Source of the DNA: an uncultured Thermoanaerobaculia bacterium
GTDB taxonomy: Bacteria > Acidobacteriota > UBA4820 > DSQY01
Reading direction: 5' to 3'
DNA length: 58,514 nt
Assembly (NCBI GenBank): GCA_964537405.1
Contig: CAZIBS010000001.1
Coordinates: 2,035 to 60,548 of the forward strand
Shown: one piece after another, positions 1 through 9,423 of the stretch
How positions within the stretch are numbered: the stretch's first letter is position 1
How the letters are laid out: each line of letters begins with the position of its first letter
Program-made: the position numbers and the translations under genes
Notes under the pieces: generated by a model
Databases searched by the model: none
The model's input: the letters and a program-made list of their open reading frames with translations, nothing else
What the model was told of the DNA's origin: nothing

Positions 1-1
1 T

Positions 2-1099
2 TCCACTCTCCTTCGCTACCTGCCGGGGCACTTCAAAGACGACTCGCAACCCCCATGCGCCTATGATCTCTATGGGGCGGGCGCCATCTTTCTTGAACTG
101 CTTTCGGGGACTCCTCCGCCTACCAATATCAAGGAGGAGGCGATAGATAAGATCGCTGCGAACCTGGAGGTTCCGAAGGACACTCAACGGGTTCTCTCAA
201 GACTGCTGTCCAGCAATCCCGGCAGGAGGTACGCCGGAATCACCGACGCACTTTCCGAACTATCGGCGCAGAAGTTTCCACCCGGTGCGATTATCGCGGG
301 TCGATACAGGATACTGGACGAACTGGGACGCGGTGGAATGGGCCAGGTTTTCCGCGTTAGAGACAGGGAACTGGATGAAGTCGTTGCCCTGAAAACCCTG
401 CGACAGCGGGCCGGCCTGACTGAGGAAGCCAAGACCCGTTTTCTCAGGGAAATAAAGATCAGCCGTAAGATAACCCATCCTAACGTCGTAAGGGTCTTCG
501 ATTTCGGCTCGTGGCAAGACCTGCTCTTTCTGACAATGGAGTTCATTCCCGGAATGACGCTGAGCCAATGGGCCAAGGAGGGGCACAATCGAAGAGCTAC
601 TCTACGAAAAAAGATCGACATCCTCCGAGGCATAGCCGCGGGGTTGGGGGAGGCGCACAAACTCGGCATCATACACAGAGACCTCAAGCCTCAGAACGTC
701 ATACTCACTCCATCCGGGATTCCCAAGCTCCTTGATTTCGGCATTGCTCTGGTTAAGGTCGAAGAAAGTCCCGACCTTACCCAGGAGGGGCACTTCGTCG
801 GTTCTCCGAAGTACGTGTCACCCGAACAGATACAGGGCCTGCCTCTGGGGCCCGCCTCCGATATCTATTCTTTCGGTTTGCTCTCCTACTTCATCCTGAC
901 GGGACGGGACGCCTTCGCGGGGGAAAAGTCCACTCTCATACTTATCAAGCAACTCAAGGAACTTCCTCCGGCACCTTCAACGTTCGCACGGATGCCGCCG
1001 ATTCTTGACAAACTTATAATGCGTTGTCTCAACAAGGAACCGGAAAAGCGGCCTGCCGCCCTCTCCGAAGTCTCCGGCATCCTTAAGGAGATAATATGA
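2..1099 (+). CDS. Hanks-type Ser/Thr protein kinase, 5'-truncated by the window edge; an upstream degenerate kinase-like C-lobe precedes an intact kinase domain
   Basis: The frame of ORF 338..1099 is open back to position 2. Intact kinase motifs: RYRILDELGRGGMGQV, VALK, HRDLKPQN, DFG, SPE, SDIYSFG. Upstream text YDLYGAGAIFLELLSGTPP...LLSSNPGRRY resembles kinase subdomains IX-XI. Confidence 0.9.
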   Translation, partial: STLLRYLPGHFKDDSQPPCAYDLYGAGAIFLELLSGTPPPTNIKEEAIDKIAANLEVPKDTQRVLSRLLSSNPGRRYAGITDALSELSAQKFPPGAIIAGRYRILDELGRGGMGQVFRVRDRELDEVVALKTLRQRAGLTEEAKTRFLREIKISRKITHPNVVRVFDFGSWQDLLFLTMEFIPGMTLSQWAKEGHNRRATLRKKIDILRGIAAGLGEAHKLGIIHRDLKPQNVILTPSGIPKLLDFGIALVKVEESPDLTQEGHFVGSPKYVSPEQIQGLPLGPASDIYSFGLLSYFILTGRDAFAGEKSTLILIKQLKELPPAPSTFARMPPILDKLIMRCLNKEPEKRPAALSEVSGILKEII

Positions 1100-1181
1100 T
1101 TTCCGCCTGCGGGCCCGGCACCAACGTTTTGCTCCACGATCCCCGAAGCATCCACCGCTTCCAGGAAAAAGGAAAAGGGTA

Positions 1182-1736
1182 ATGCGTCGAACCATCCGGC
1201 TTTGCTTCCTGTGTCTCGTAGTCACACTGGCGACCTTGCCCGTCCTGGGCCGCGGTGGGCCATATATCCGGGGTTTCACGTGGCATTTCGCCGGCAGCAT
1301 TCTTGAAACATCCTTCTCGGTTGGAGACGCCATGGACCGGGCGGACATGAAGGAGGCCATACTCTCAACGCGACCCGTGACCATTACCTTCACCGCCCAG
1401 GTTTTAAAACACAGGTTGTTCTGGAAGGACAAGGTGTTGGCCTCCAAGGTTGTTAAGCATACCGTTCAGTACGACACGCTGACCCACCAATTCAGCGTCC
1501 AAACCCTGGTAGGCGATGAACTCAGGGACCACCGCATCCTGGCCACCTGGAAAGATATGGCCGGTTATATGCGGAGCGTTTCCAACGTGGCGGTGGTTTC
1601 CGTAGCCGATATGGAACCATCCAATGGGGCGTACTTCCTTGCGGTCCGGGTTCATCTTCTATCACACTTCGTTTTCTGGATAATCCCCTGGGATATTCAG
1701 ACTCCGTGGGTCAGCAAGAAGTTGGCGACGCCGTGA
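1182..1736 (+). CDS. Exported protein, DUF4390-like
   Basis: N-terminal signal-like segment; FWKDKV...HTVQYDTLTHQF pattern; sits directly upstream of an NtrY-like kinase, the usual context for DUF4390. Confidence 0.65.
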   Translation: MRRTIRLCFLCLVVTLATLPVLGRGGPYIRGFTWHFAGSILETSFSVGDAMDRADMKEAILSTRPVTITFTAQVLKHRLFWKDKVLASKVVKHTVQYDTLTHQFSVQTLVGDELRDHRILATWKDMAGYMRSVSNVAVVSVADMEPSNGAYFLAVRVHLLSHFVFWIIPWDIQTPWVSKKLATP

Positions 1737-3838
1737 AACTTCGCCTGGAATCCCGCCACTTCATGATCGCAGCGGCCTGTTTCGGCCTCCTTATGGTAGG
1801 CGGTTTCATCATCGTCATACGCAGGGAGCAGGATGTATCCACGCTCTCTTCAGCGGGTAGTTTCCTGCTGATGGGTCTTGCATTCCTCAACGTGCTCCTC
1901 ATGGCAACCCTGCTCTTCGTTCTCTTCAGGGAACTCGTAAAGGGATTCCTGGCATGGCGGCGCCAACGCGAAGGCGCGAGATTGAGGACAAGACTTCTTA
2001 CGGCTTTCCTGCTGCTGGGACTGGTTCCATCGCTCCTTCTCTTCATCAGCGCTATCTTTCTCATCGAATCGACGGTGGACAGGTGGTTTCACTCACCGGT
2101 CAACAGCCTGACCAACGCAAGCCAATCCCTGGTCGACGAGGCTGTAAACATGGCGCGGGATCAGAGCTGCCGGAAGGCAAATGCGCTGGCCTGGCAACTG
2201 CGCGAGGTACCGCCGAAACTTCGCGCAGGTTTTTTGAACCACCTTTACAAAGGCGGCGATACGGATGCCTTCTGCCTGATCGATAGAAGTGGTGGAGTGC
2301 TGGCGAAGCAACCTCCTTCTTTCCCTGCCCCGAATAGCTACAAGGTGGGCAAAACCTTTGGCCCCCTTGGTCTTACGGGGTGGCTTGACCTCTCTCCCAC
2401 CCCAACCGTAGTCAGCGGCTCCGCAATCGACGAAACCATGGGAATCATTGTGGGGCGGTACCTGCCGGAGCGGCTCTTTAAAGAAGCGCGTTTTATTTCC
2501 GTACAAAACAAGGAATACCTCCAGATAAAGGGCCGCCAAAAGCTCCTCAAGATTTCCATGATCTCCTCCTTCCTCGCCCTGACCCTGCTCGTAACCTTCA
2601 CCACCGTGTGGATCGGCTCGCACATCCTCGGTGAGATCAGCAATCCCCTTCAACTACTCCTGGAAGGAACGCAGGAGATATCAAGGGGCAACCTCTCCCA
2701 CCAGATCGAATACTCCGCGAAGGATGAATTCGGAATGCTGGTGGGTTCCTTCAATGAGATGACCAGGGAACTTATGGCCAATAAATCTGAATTGGAGCGA
2801 AGAAATAAGGAACTGCGATCAGCAACCGAATTCTCCGAGCAGGGAAGGCGTTACATCGAAACGCTCGTCGAAACGCTTGATATCGGCGTCATATCAATCT
2901 CTACCGACGGCCGGATTCACACGCTAAACTCCAAAGCTCGCTCCATCGTTGGCCTTCAACCGGACGAACCGAAGAGAAATATCCTTTCAAGGCCGGAGTG
3001 GGCACCGATAGCCGCCGTCCTGAACGCTCTTCCCAACCGACCCGTATTCAATAGGGAAACTACCATCGCGAAAAAGGCCGGACACGTAATACTATCGGTC
3101 ACCGTAAGCTCACTGAAAGAGGCCTCCGGTTCTCTCTTCGGTTCCCTCATTATTCTTGACGACATCAGCGACCTTTCCCGCGCCCAACGAATCGCGGCGT
3201 GGCAGGAAGCGGCGAGGCGAATGGCCCACGAAATCAAAAATCCTCTCACCCCGATACGCCTTTCGGCGCAGCGGATCAGGAAGAAGGCCAGGCAGGGTGC
3301 GGAGGACTTGGAATCGGCTATTATGGAGGGTTGCACGACAATTGAGAGAGAGGTTCAAGGCATCTTGAACATGGTCAACGAGTTCTCTCGCTTCGCCAGG
3401 TTGCCCGAACTCCTGCTTAAACCGGTTTCCCTGCCCGACCTGATCAAAGGAACCACCGAGCCCTACCGCTCGGTAGCCGACTTGAAACTGGATTTCCCCG
3501 TTGATTTTCCCCTCGTACGCCTGGACTCGGAACAAATTGGCAGGGTCATTAAGAACCTGGTCGAGAATGGCGTCCAGGCCATGCAAGAACCCGGAACCAT
3601 TGCGATTGAACTCAGCGAGAAAGAGGGCAAGGCCGTCATTGCCATAAGGGATACCGGCCCCGGTATTCCCGAGGAAGACAAGGCCCGCCTCTTTACTCCC
3701 TACTTCTCCACCAAGCGCAAGGGTACGGGGCTCGGCCTGGCAATTGTCTCGAGGATACTGGAGGAACACGGTGGAAGCATACATTTAGATGAAAGTTATG
3801 ACAAGGGTGCGGGGTTTATTTTGACCCTTCCCATGTAG
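1733..3838 (+). CDS. ntrY: NtrY-like membrane sensor histidine kinase (HAMP, PAS, HisKA, HATPase)
   Basis: AWQEAARRMAHEIKNPLTPIRLSAQR H-box typical of NtrY; DTGPGI, GTGLGL. GTG at 1733 overlaps the upstream stop (GTGA). Confidence 0.85.
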   Translation: MKLRLESRHFMIAAACFGLLMVGGFIIVIRREQDVSTLSSAGSFLLMGLAFLNVLLMATLLFVLFRELVKGFLAWRRQREGARLRTRLLTAFLLLGLVPSLLLFISAIFLIESTVDRWFHSPVNSLTNASQSLVDEAVNMARDQSCRKANALAWQLREVPPKLRAGFLNHLYKGGDTDAFCLIDRSGGVLAKQPPSFPAPNSYKVGKTFGPLGLTGWLDLSPTPTVVSGSAIDETMGIIVGRYLPERLFKEARFISVQNKEYLQIKGRQKLLKISMISSFLALTLLVTFTTVWIGSHILGEISNPLQLLLEGTQEISRGNLSHQIEYSAKDEFGMLVGSFNEMTRELMANKSELERRNKELRSATEFSEQGRRYIETLVETLDIGVISISTDGRIHTLNSKARSIVGLQPDEPKRNILSRPEWAPIAAVLNALPNRPVFNRETTIAKKAGHVILSVTVSSLKEASGSLFGSLIILDDISDLSRAQRIAAWQEAARRMAHEIKNPLTPIRLSAQRIRKKARQGAEDLESAIMEGCTTIEREVQGILNMVNEFSRFARLPELLLKPVSLPDLIKGTTEPYRSVADLKLDFPVDFPLVRLDSEQIGRVIKNLVENGVQAMQEPGTIAIELSEKEGKAVIAIRDTGPGIPEEDKARLFTPYFSTKRKGTGLGLAIVSRILEEHGGSIHLDESYDKGAGFILTLPM

Positions 3839-3847
3839 GGCGACGCT

Positions 3848-5224
3848 ATGGCTTTTAATCGAATCCTGATTGTCGACGATGAAGCGGGCATTCGCAACAC
3901 GTTGCGCCATATACTGGAGGATGAGGGTTACCGCGTTGCCGAAGCGGAAAGCGGCGAAGCGGCGTTGCAGATGCTCTCCACCAGCAACTTCGACTTACTC
4001 CTGCTTGACGTCTGGCTGCCGGGTATGGATGGTCTACAAGTTCTGGATCGGATGAAAAGAGAAAAATACGACCACGAGGTAATCGTTATTTCAGGCCATG
4101 GAACCATTGAAACCGCCATAAAGGCCACCCGGCTGGGCGCCTTTGACTTCATCGAGAAGCCCCTTTCCCTGGACCGTGTTCTCCTTACGGTGGCCAATGC
4201 TCTAAAAAAGCGTAAGCTTGAAGAGAAGAATCTCCTCCTGAGAAACCAACTCCAAAACGACGGCGTTCTCATAGGAGAAAGTCCTCCCATGGTCAGACTC
4301 AGGAACCAGATAAACAGGGTTGCGCCAAGTGAAGGACGGGTTCTCATTTTCGGGGAAAACGGCACGGGCAAGGAAATGGTCGCAAGGTTGATCCACGCGC
4401 ACAGCGACCGCTGCAACGAGAACTTCATCGAAGTAAACTGTGCCGCAATACCAACGGAACTCATTGAGAGCGAACTCTTCGGCCACCGGAAGGGCTCTTT
4501 CACCGGCGCCATTGAAAACAAACAGGGCAAGTTTTTTCTTGCGGACGGAGGAACACTCTTATTGGACGAGGTTGGAGACATGAGCCTTGCCGCCCAGGCC
4601 AAGGTTCTCAGGGTTCTCCAGGAGCAGACCTTCGAAATGGTGGGTGGAGGTGAAAGCGTACACGTGGACGTTCGCGTAATTGCAGCGACCAACAAGGATT
4701 TGGTGAAGGCCATCCGTAAAGAACTTTTTCGTGAAGACCTCTTCTATCGCCTGAACGTCATTCCCATCACCGTCCCTCCACTCAGGGAGAGACCGGGTGA
4801 CATTCCCCTTCTGGCCGACCACTTCTTATCCACTTTCGCCATGCGCTATGGCAAAGAACCCAAAGTTTTAAGTCAATCCGCCATCAATGAATTGACCGCT
4901 TATCCCTGGCTTGGAAATGTCAGGGAACTCAGGAACCTGATGGAACGCATAGTAATCATGGTATCTTCTGTGGAGATTCAACTTTCGGACCTCCCGCTTC
5001 AGAAGGAAATGGTCCGGGGGACGATGTACGAGGGTCTCAAATGGGAAGGATCGCTGAATGAGGCCAAGGATTCCTTTGAACGAGAGTACTTGCGCAAGGC
5101 TTTGAAGCGTCATGGAAACAACGTATCCAGGACGGCCGAAGAATTGAACATAGAGCGCCGCCACCTCTACCGAAGGATGGCTAGGGTGGGGCTTCAGAAG
5201 GAGAACGCCAATGGTAATGATTAA
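3848..5224 (+). CDS. ntrX: NtrX-like sigma-54-dependent response regulator
   Basis: Receiver (ILIVDDE, LLLLDVWLPG, FIEKP); AAA+ GENGTGKE, GSFTGA, LLDEVGD; C-terminal Fis-type HTH. Confidence 0.85.
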   Translation: MAFNRILIVDDEAGIRNTLRHILEDEGYRVAEAESGEAALQMLSTSNFDLLLLDVWLPGMDGLQVLDRMKREKYDHEVIVISGHGTIETAIKATRLGAFDFIEKPLSLDRVLLTVANALKKRKLEEKNLLLRNQLQNDGVLIGESPPMVRLRNQINRVAPSEGRVLIFGENGTGKEMVARLIHAHSDRCNENFIEVNCAAIPTELIESELFGHRKGSFTGAIENKQGKFFLADGGTLLLDEVGDMSLAAQAKVLRVLQEQTFEMVGGGESVHVDVRVIAATNKDLVKAIRKELFREDLFYRLNVIPITVPPLRERPGDIPLLADHFLSTFAMRYGKEPKVLSQSAINELTAYPWLGNVRELRNLMERIVIMVSSVEIQLSDLPLQKEMVRGTMYEGLKWEGSLNEAKDSFEREYLRKALKRHGNNVSRTAEELNIERRHLYRRMARVGLQKENANGND

Positions 5225-6506
5225 CCGGGCAACGAAAGAAATTACGCTGAAGATCGTTTACTACGGGCCGGGTCTATGCGGCAAGACTACGAACCTGGAG
5301 CACATTTATGCTACGGCAAACCCGGAGCGAAGGGGAAAACTGCTTACCGTGTCAACTGAAACCGACCGGACGCTCTTTTTCGACTTTCTGCCCATGAAAC
5401 TGGGCTCTATCCGAGGCATGATGGTGCGGGTTCAACTCTACACCGTGCCGGGGCAGGTTTTTTACGACGCAACCAGGAGGATTGTGCTGCGTGGTAGCGA
5501 CGGCGTCGTTTTCGTTGCCGATTCCCAGCAAATAATGATGGAAGCCAACGTCGAAAGCGTCGAAAACCTCAAGACAAACCTGAAGTTGAACTCTCTCGAC
5601 CCAGATACTATTCCACTCGTTTACCAGTACAACAAACAAGATCTTCCCGACCTTTCAAGTACCGCCGAGTTGGAGGACAAGCTCAACTGGCGGCGAGTTC
5701 CGCACTTCTTGTCGGTAGCCACAATGGGCAAAGGCGTCCATCATACCCTCCGCAGGAGCATCGAATTAGTGATACGAAACCTGCAGACGAAGGATGCCGT
5801 CCTCAAGAACAGTCCGCTCAGCCGCAGAAAAGTTGCCGATAAACGGGAAGGGCCCGAAGCGGAACCGGCCGTCGCGACACCGGCGGCGGCGGTAAAAAAA
5901 ACCGAGACGTCTCCGGGCGAGCTTCAGGAGACGGGGATGGAAATCGGCGAGACGGCGACGGGCAAGCCGCCGGAGACAAAAACTGGGGATGCAAAGCCGC
6001 TACCGGTTGAAGCCGGGATTGGCGAGCAACCGGTTGGAGAGAGTTCGCGGATGGAAGAGGGCTCTTTAGGGCAAGCCCCGGTGGAAGCGGAACCACCGAA
6101 GGAAGAGGGCGCCCGGGTGAACCACTCCTCTTCGAGCCAAGAATTCGTAACCGTCGTCGCCGATTCGGAAAATGAAGAAAACGAGGAAGAGGTGGAAGTG
6201 CTGGACCTCGATTCAGTCGATGAATACGTTGACCTGGATGATGGAGAAGCTTCCTCGAACCAAACCTTCTCCGGCGTGGCCCTCGACATTGAGGAAGAAA
6301 CCGCCCCGGAAGCGGCGCCGGAACCCACCAACGATCTTGTGGGAAGCGGCATTACCAAGGCCTTGAAGGATGAACTCTCCGCCGTGGCCGGTGCCGTTGA
6401 GGCGCTGGACCTTAAGCTGGCCGGCCTTACAAGGGAGACCGCGGAACTGAAGAGGCGTCTCAGCGCACTCGAAGAGGGAGTGGACGGAGAGCCCAACCCC
6501 CAATAG
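5211..6506 (+). CDS. mglA: MglA-family small GTPase with a long acidic, low-complexity C-terminal extension
   Basis: KIVYYGPGLCGKTTN, TETDRTLFFDFLP, LYTVPGQVFY, NKQD match the MglA family; about 235 further residues follow. Confidence 0.85.
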   Translation: MVMINRATKEITLKIVYYGPGLCGKTTNLEHIYATANPERRGKLLTVSTETDRTLFFDFLPMKLGSIRGMMVRVQLYTVPGQVFYDATRRIVLRGSDGVVFVADSQQIMMEANVESVENLKTNLKLNSLDPDTIPLVYQYNKQDLPDLSSTAELEDKLNWRRVPHFLSVATMGKGVHHTLRRSIELVIRNLQTKDAVLKNSPLSRRKVADKREGPEAEPAVATPAAAVKKTETSPGELQETGMEIGETATGKPPETKTGDAKPLPVEAGIGEQPVGESSRMEEGSLGQAPVEAEPPKEEGARVNHSSSSQEFVTVVADSENEENEEEVEVLDLDSVDEYVDLDDGEASSNQTFSGVALDIEEETAPEAAPEPTNDLVGSGITKALKDELSAVAGAVEALDLKLAGLTRETAELKRRLSALEEGVDGEPNPQ

Positions 6507-6612
6507 AAACCGGACCGCCCTTGCCTGTACGTGCCCCACCTGTCTACATTTTGTTGCACGGCGCGGGCAGGCGAATCCCGGTTTAGGTGGTAGATTCAGT
6601 GCCATTGCTACA

Positions 6613-6641
6613 TTGTCGGCGTTGGCCGTGCGTGGTATCAT
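6613..6641 (+). promoter_or_regulatory. Putative sigma-70 promoter for the uppS operon
   Basis: TTGTCG-17 nt-TATCAT with a TG extended -10, about 20 nt before the uppS ORF. Confidence 0.45.
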
Positions 6642-6662
6642 AGAAACTTCTGAGAGACTGCC

Positions 6663-7466
6663 ATGAATGAACAACCAATCAAACGAAGTAAAGAACCCCA
6701 TCCAATGCTTCGCCTGATCGACCCTCGCAACGTTCCCAACCATATCGCCATAATCATGGACGGTAACGGCCGGTGGGCCACTTCCAGGGGGCTTCCCCGC
6801 ATGGAGGGACACAAGGCGGGAATCGAAGCCGTTCGCCGCGTCGTTTCCGCGGCCTCCGAACTCGGGGTGCATTACCTGACCCTCTACGCCTTCTCCATCG
6901 AAAACTGGAAGAGGTCCAGGATTGAAGTGGAGGCCCTCTTCCTGCTCATGCAGCGCTTTCTCAAAGCCGAATCGGAGAACATCATCAAGAATCGGATCCG
7001 CTTCCGAACCATCGGCCGCATTGCAGACCTTCCGGAGAAAAGCAGGAAGCTCATCAGGGATCTGGAGGCGCGGTCCAAGGACGGTGACTGGACCCTTACA
7101 CTTGCCCTCTCCTACGGTGGCAGGACCGAGATCGTGGACGCCTGCGAAAGCATTGTACGCGAAGCCGTTGAAAAGGGCCGGAAGGGCAAAATAACCGAAG
7201 AGGAGTTATCCAGCCACCTCTACGCTCCGGATTTGCCGGATCCCGACCTGCTCATACGTACAAGCGGCGAGCACAGGCTCAGCAATTTCCTGCTGTGGCA
7301 GATCGCCTATACCGAGATGGTCATCCTTGATACGCTATGGCCCGATTTTACGGATCAGCACCTCTATGAAGCCGTTCTCGACTATCAGCGGCGCGAGCGC
7401 CGTTATGGAGGCCTTCCCCACGAGGGAGGTCTCGGGGACAAAGGCCACAACGGGAGTGCTCGTTGA
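6663..7466 (+). CDS. uppS: Undecaprenyl diphosphate synthase
   Basis: HIAIIMDGNGRWA, YAFSIENWKR, PDLLIRTSGEHRLSNFLLWQ. The start may be at 6705. Confidence 0.97.
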   Translation: MNEQPIKRSKEPHPMLRLIDPRNVPNHIAIIMDGNGRWATSRGLPRMEGHKAGIEAVRRVVSAASELGVHYLTLYAFSIENWKRSRIEVEALFLLMQRFLKAESENIIKNRIRFRTIGRIADLPEKSRKLIRDLEARSKDGDWTLTLALSYGGRTEIVDACESIVREAVEKGRKGKITEEELSSHLYAPDLPDPDLLIRTSGEHRLSNFLLWQIAYTEMVILDTLWPDFTDQHLYEAVLDYQRRERRYGGLPHEGGLGDKGHNGSAR

Positions 7467-8263
7467 AACGCGTGCTCACGGCTGCCGTACTCCTGCCGAT
7501 TTTCGTAATCCTTGTAGTGGTTCCAAACGGCTGGTTCTTTGACACGCTGGTGGCGCTGGCAGCGGTAATCTGTGTACTTGAGTTCGAAGGCATCGCCAAG
7601 AACACAGGCGCATCCACCCTGAAGGTGTTCGCGAGCGTACTTACCCTCGCCATCCTGGCCGAGGCCATCCGGCCGACGCTCCTGAACTATGACGAGATAA
7701 TCCTCCTTGCTCTCTTCGGTCTCATGTTTTGCGGCCTTTTCGCCGGGGTAGACACCAAGAAGGGCCTTGCTACTATTACGGCCGCCCTCTTCGGCGCTCT
7801 CTACATCGGTGGCCTGAGCCGCTACTTCATCCTCCTTCACCACCAGGGAAACGGTCTTGGCTCCAAGCTCATCTTTCTGCTGTGCGGGGCCGTATGGGTA
7901 GGAGATTCCGCCGCATACTACGTCGGCAAACACCTTGGAAGGCATCCCCTCGCCAAGCGGCTCTCACCCAATAAGACTTTAGAGGGCGCCCTCGCCAACC
8001 TGGTGGGGACAACGGCCGTGGTTGCCGTGGCCGGTGCGACCTTTCTTCCGAGGCTGCGCTTGGTTGACGTTGTAGTGCTCGGCATACTCTTCACGGTCTT
8101 CGGAATCCTCGGCGACCTCTTCGAGTCCTTCTTCAAGCGCAGCGCCGGGATCAAAGACGCCTCTACGCTCCTCCCGGGCCACGGAGGGATGCTTGACCGC
8201 CTTGACAGCCTCTTCTTTAACGCCCCGCTCCTCTACTACTACATCAAGGTGTTTTTATCATGA
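7463..8263 (+). CDS. cdsA: Phosphatidate cytidylyltransferase
   Basis: SPNKTLEG, GDLFESFFKR, KD...PGHGGMLDRLDS; lies between uppS and dxr. Confidence 0.95.
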   Translation: MKRVLTAAVLLPIFVILVVVPNGWFFDTLVALAAVICVLEFEGIAKNTGASTLKVFASVLTLAILAEAIRPTLLNYDEIILLALFGLMFCGLFAGVDTKKGLATITAALFGALYIGGLSRYFILLHHQGNGLGSKLIFLLCGAVWVGDSAAYYVGKHLGRHPLAKRLSPNKTLEGALANLVGTTAVVAVAGATFLPRLRLVDVVVLGILFTVFGILGDLFESFFKRSAGIKDASTLLPGHGGMLDRLDSLFFNAPLLYYYIKVFLS

Positions 8264-9423
8264 GTACCGGCGTCGCCATACTCGGTTCCACCGGCTCCAT
8301 AGGCAAAACCACGTTGGCGGTTATAAGAAACATGCCTGGAATCTTTCACGTCGTAGGTCTAGCCGCGGGCCATCGCGTCGGGGAGCTTGAAGAACAAATC
8401 CGTGAATTCTCCCCGGAAATCGTATCCGTAGCGGCTGAGGCCGACGCCATAGGGCTCAGGGAGACTTTTCCACGATTGGAAGTTTTACACGGCATGCACG
8501 GCGCCGTGATGGTTGCGGATACGCCCGGGGCCGACACGGTGGTGGCCGCCATCGTGGGCTCCGATGGTTTGGCGCCCACCTACAGGGCCGTGGAAAGAGG
8601 CAAGCGCGTGGCTCTCGCCAACAAGGAATCGCTGGTCATGGCCGGCAGGCTTGTTATGGAGACAGCCCGCCGCACCGGCGCCGAACTGCTTCCCGTGGAC
8701 AGCGAACACTGCGCGATCTTCCAGTGCATGAGGGGGGAGAATCCCGGCCACGTCCGCAGGATCATTCTAACGGCCTCCGGCGGCGCGCTGAGGGACCAGC
8801 CGATCGATGGGCTGGAAGAAGCTTCCATCGAGAAGGTTCTCGCACATCCTACCTGGTCCATGGGAAGAAAGATCACCGTGGATTCGGCCACCATGGTAAA
8901 CAAAGGATTCGAGATCATCGAAGCCCACTATCTCTTCGACGTACCCCTTGACCGCATCTCCGTTCTCGTCCACCGGGAAGGGATCGTCCACTCGATGGTG
9001 GAATTCGTAGACGGCTCACTTCTTGCCCAAATGGCCGAAACGAACATGATACTGCCGGTCCAGTATGCGCTTACCTATCCCGCCCGCATGAACGGCCCAA
9101 TGCCGCGCCTCGACCTTGCCCACCTCGCCGTCCTTTCATTCAGCAAACCGGACGAGAGACGCTATCCTTGCCTCTCGCTCTCCCGGCAGGCCGCCGAGAC
9201 CTCGGAGGCGCACATGATAGCCCTTAACGCGGCCAACGAAGAGGCCGTGGCGGCCTTTCTTGAAAGGCGCGTTTCCTTCAGCGCCATCTTCAAGGTTATC
9301 GGTACAACGCTGGAGGCCGAGTTGCCGTCATCCCCTTCCACCATGGGAGAAGTTCTGGCTATTCACCAAGACGCCCGTAGACGCGCGCGTAAACATATTG
9401 AAGAGATAGGGAGAGGCTCGTGA
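8260..9423 (+). CDS. dxr: 1-deoxy-D-xylulose-5-phosphate reductoisomerase
   Basis: ILGSTGSIG, LANKESLV, PVDSEH, HPTWSMGRKITVDSATMVNKG. Confidence 0.97.
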   Translation: MSTGVAILGSTGSIGKTTLAVIRNMPGIFHVVGLAAGHRVGELEEQIREFSPEIVSVAAEADAIGLRETFPRLEVLHGMHGAVMVADTPGADTVVAAIVGSDGLAPTYRAVERGKRVALANKESLVMAGRLVMETARRTGAELLPVDSEHCAIFQCMRGENPGHVRRIILTASGGALRDQPIDGLEEASIEKVLAHPTWSMGRKITVDSATMVNKGFEIIEAHYLFDVPLDRISVLVHREGIVHSMVEFVDGSLLAQMAETNMILPVQYALTYPARMNGPMPRLDLAHLAVLSFSKPDERRYPCLSLSRQAAETSEAHMIALNAANEEAVAAFLERRVSFSAIFKVIGTTLEAELPSSPSTMGEVLAIHQDARRRARKHIEEIGRGS

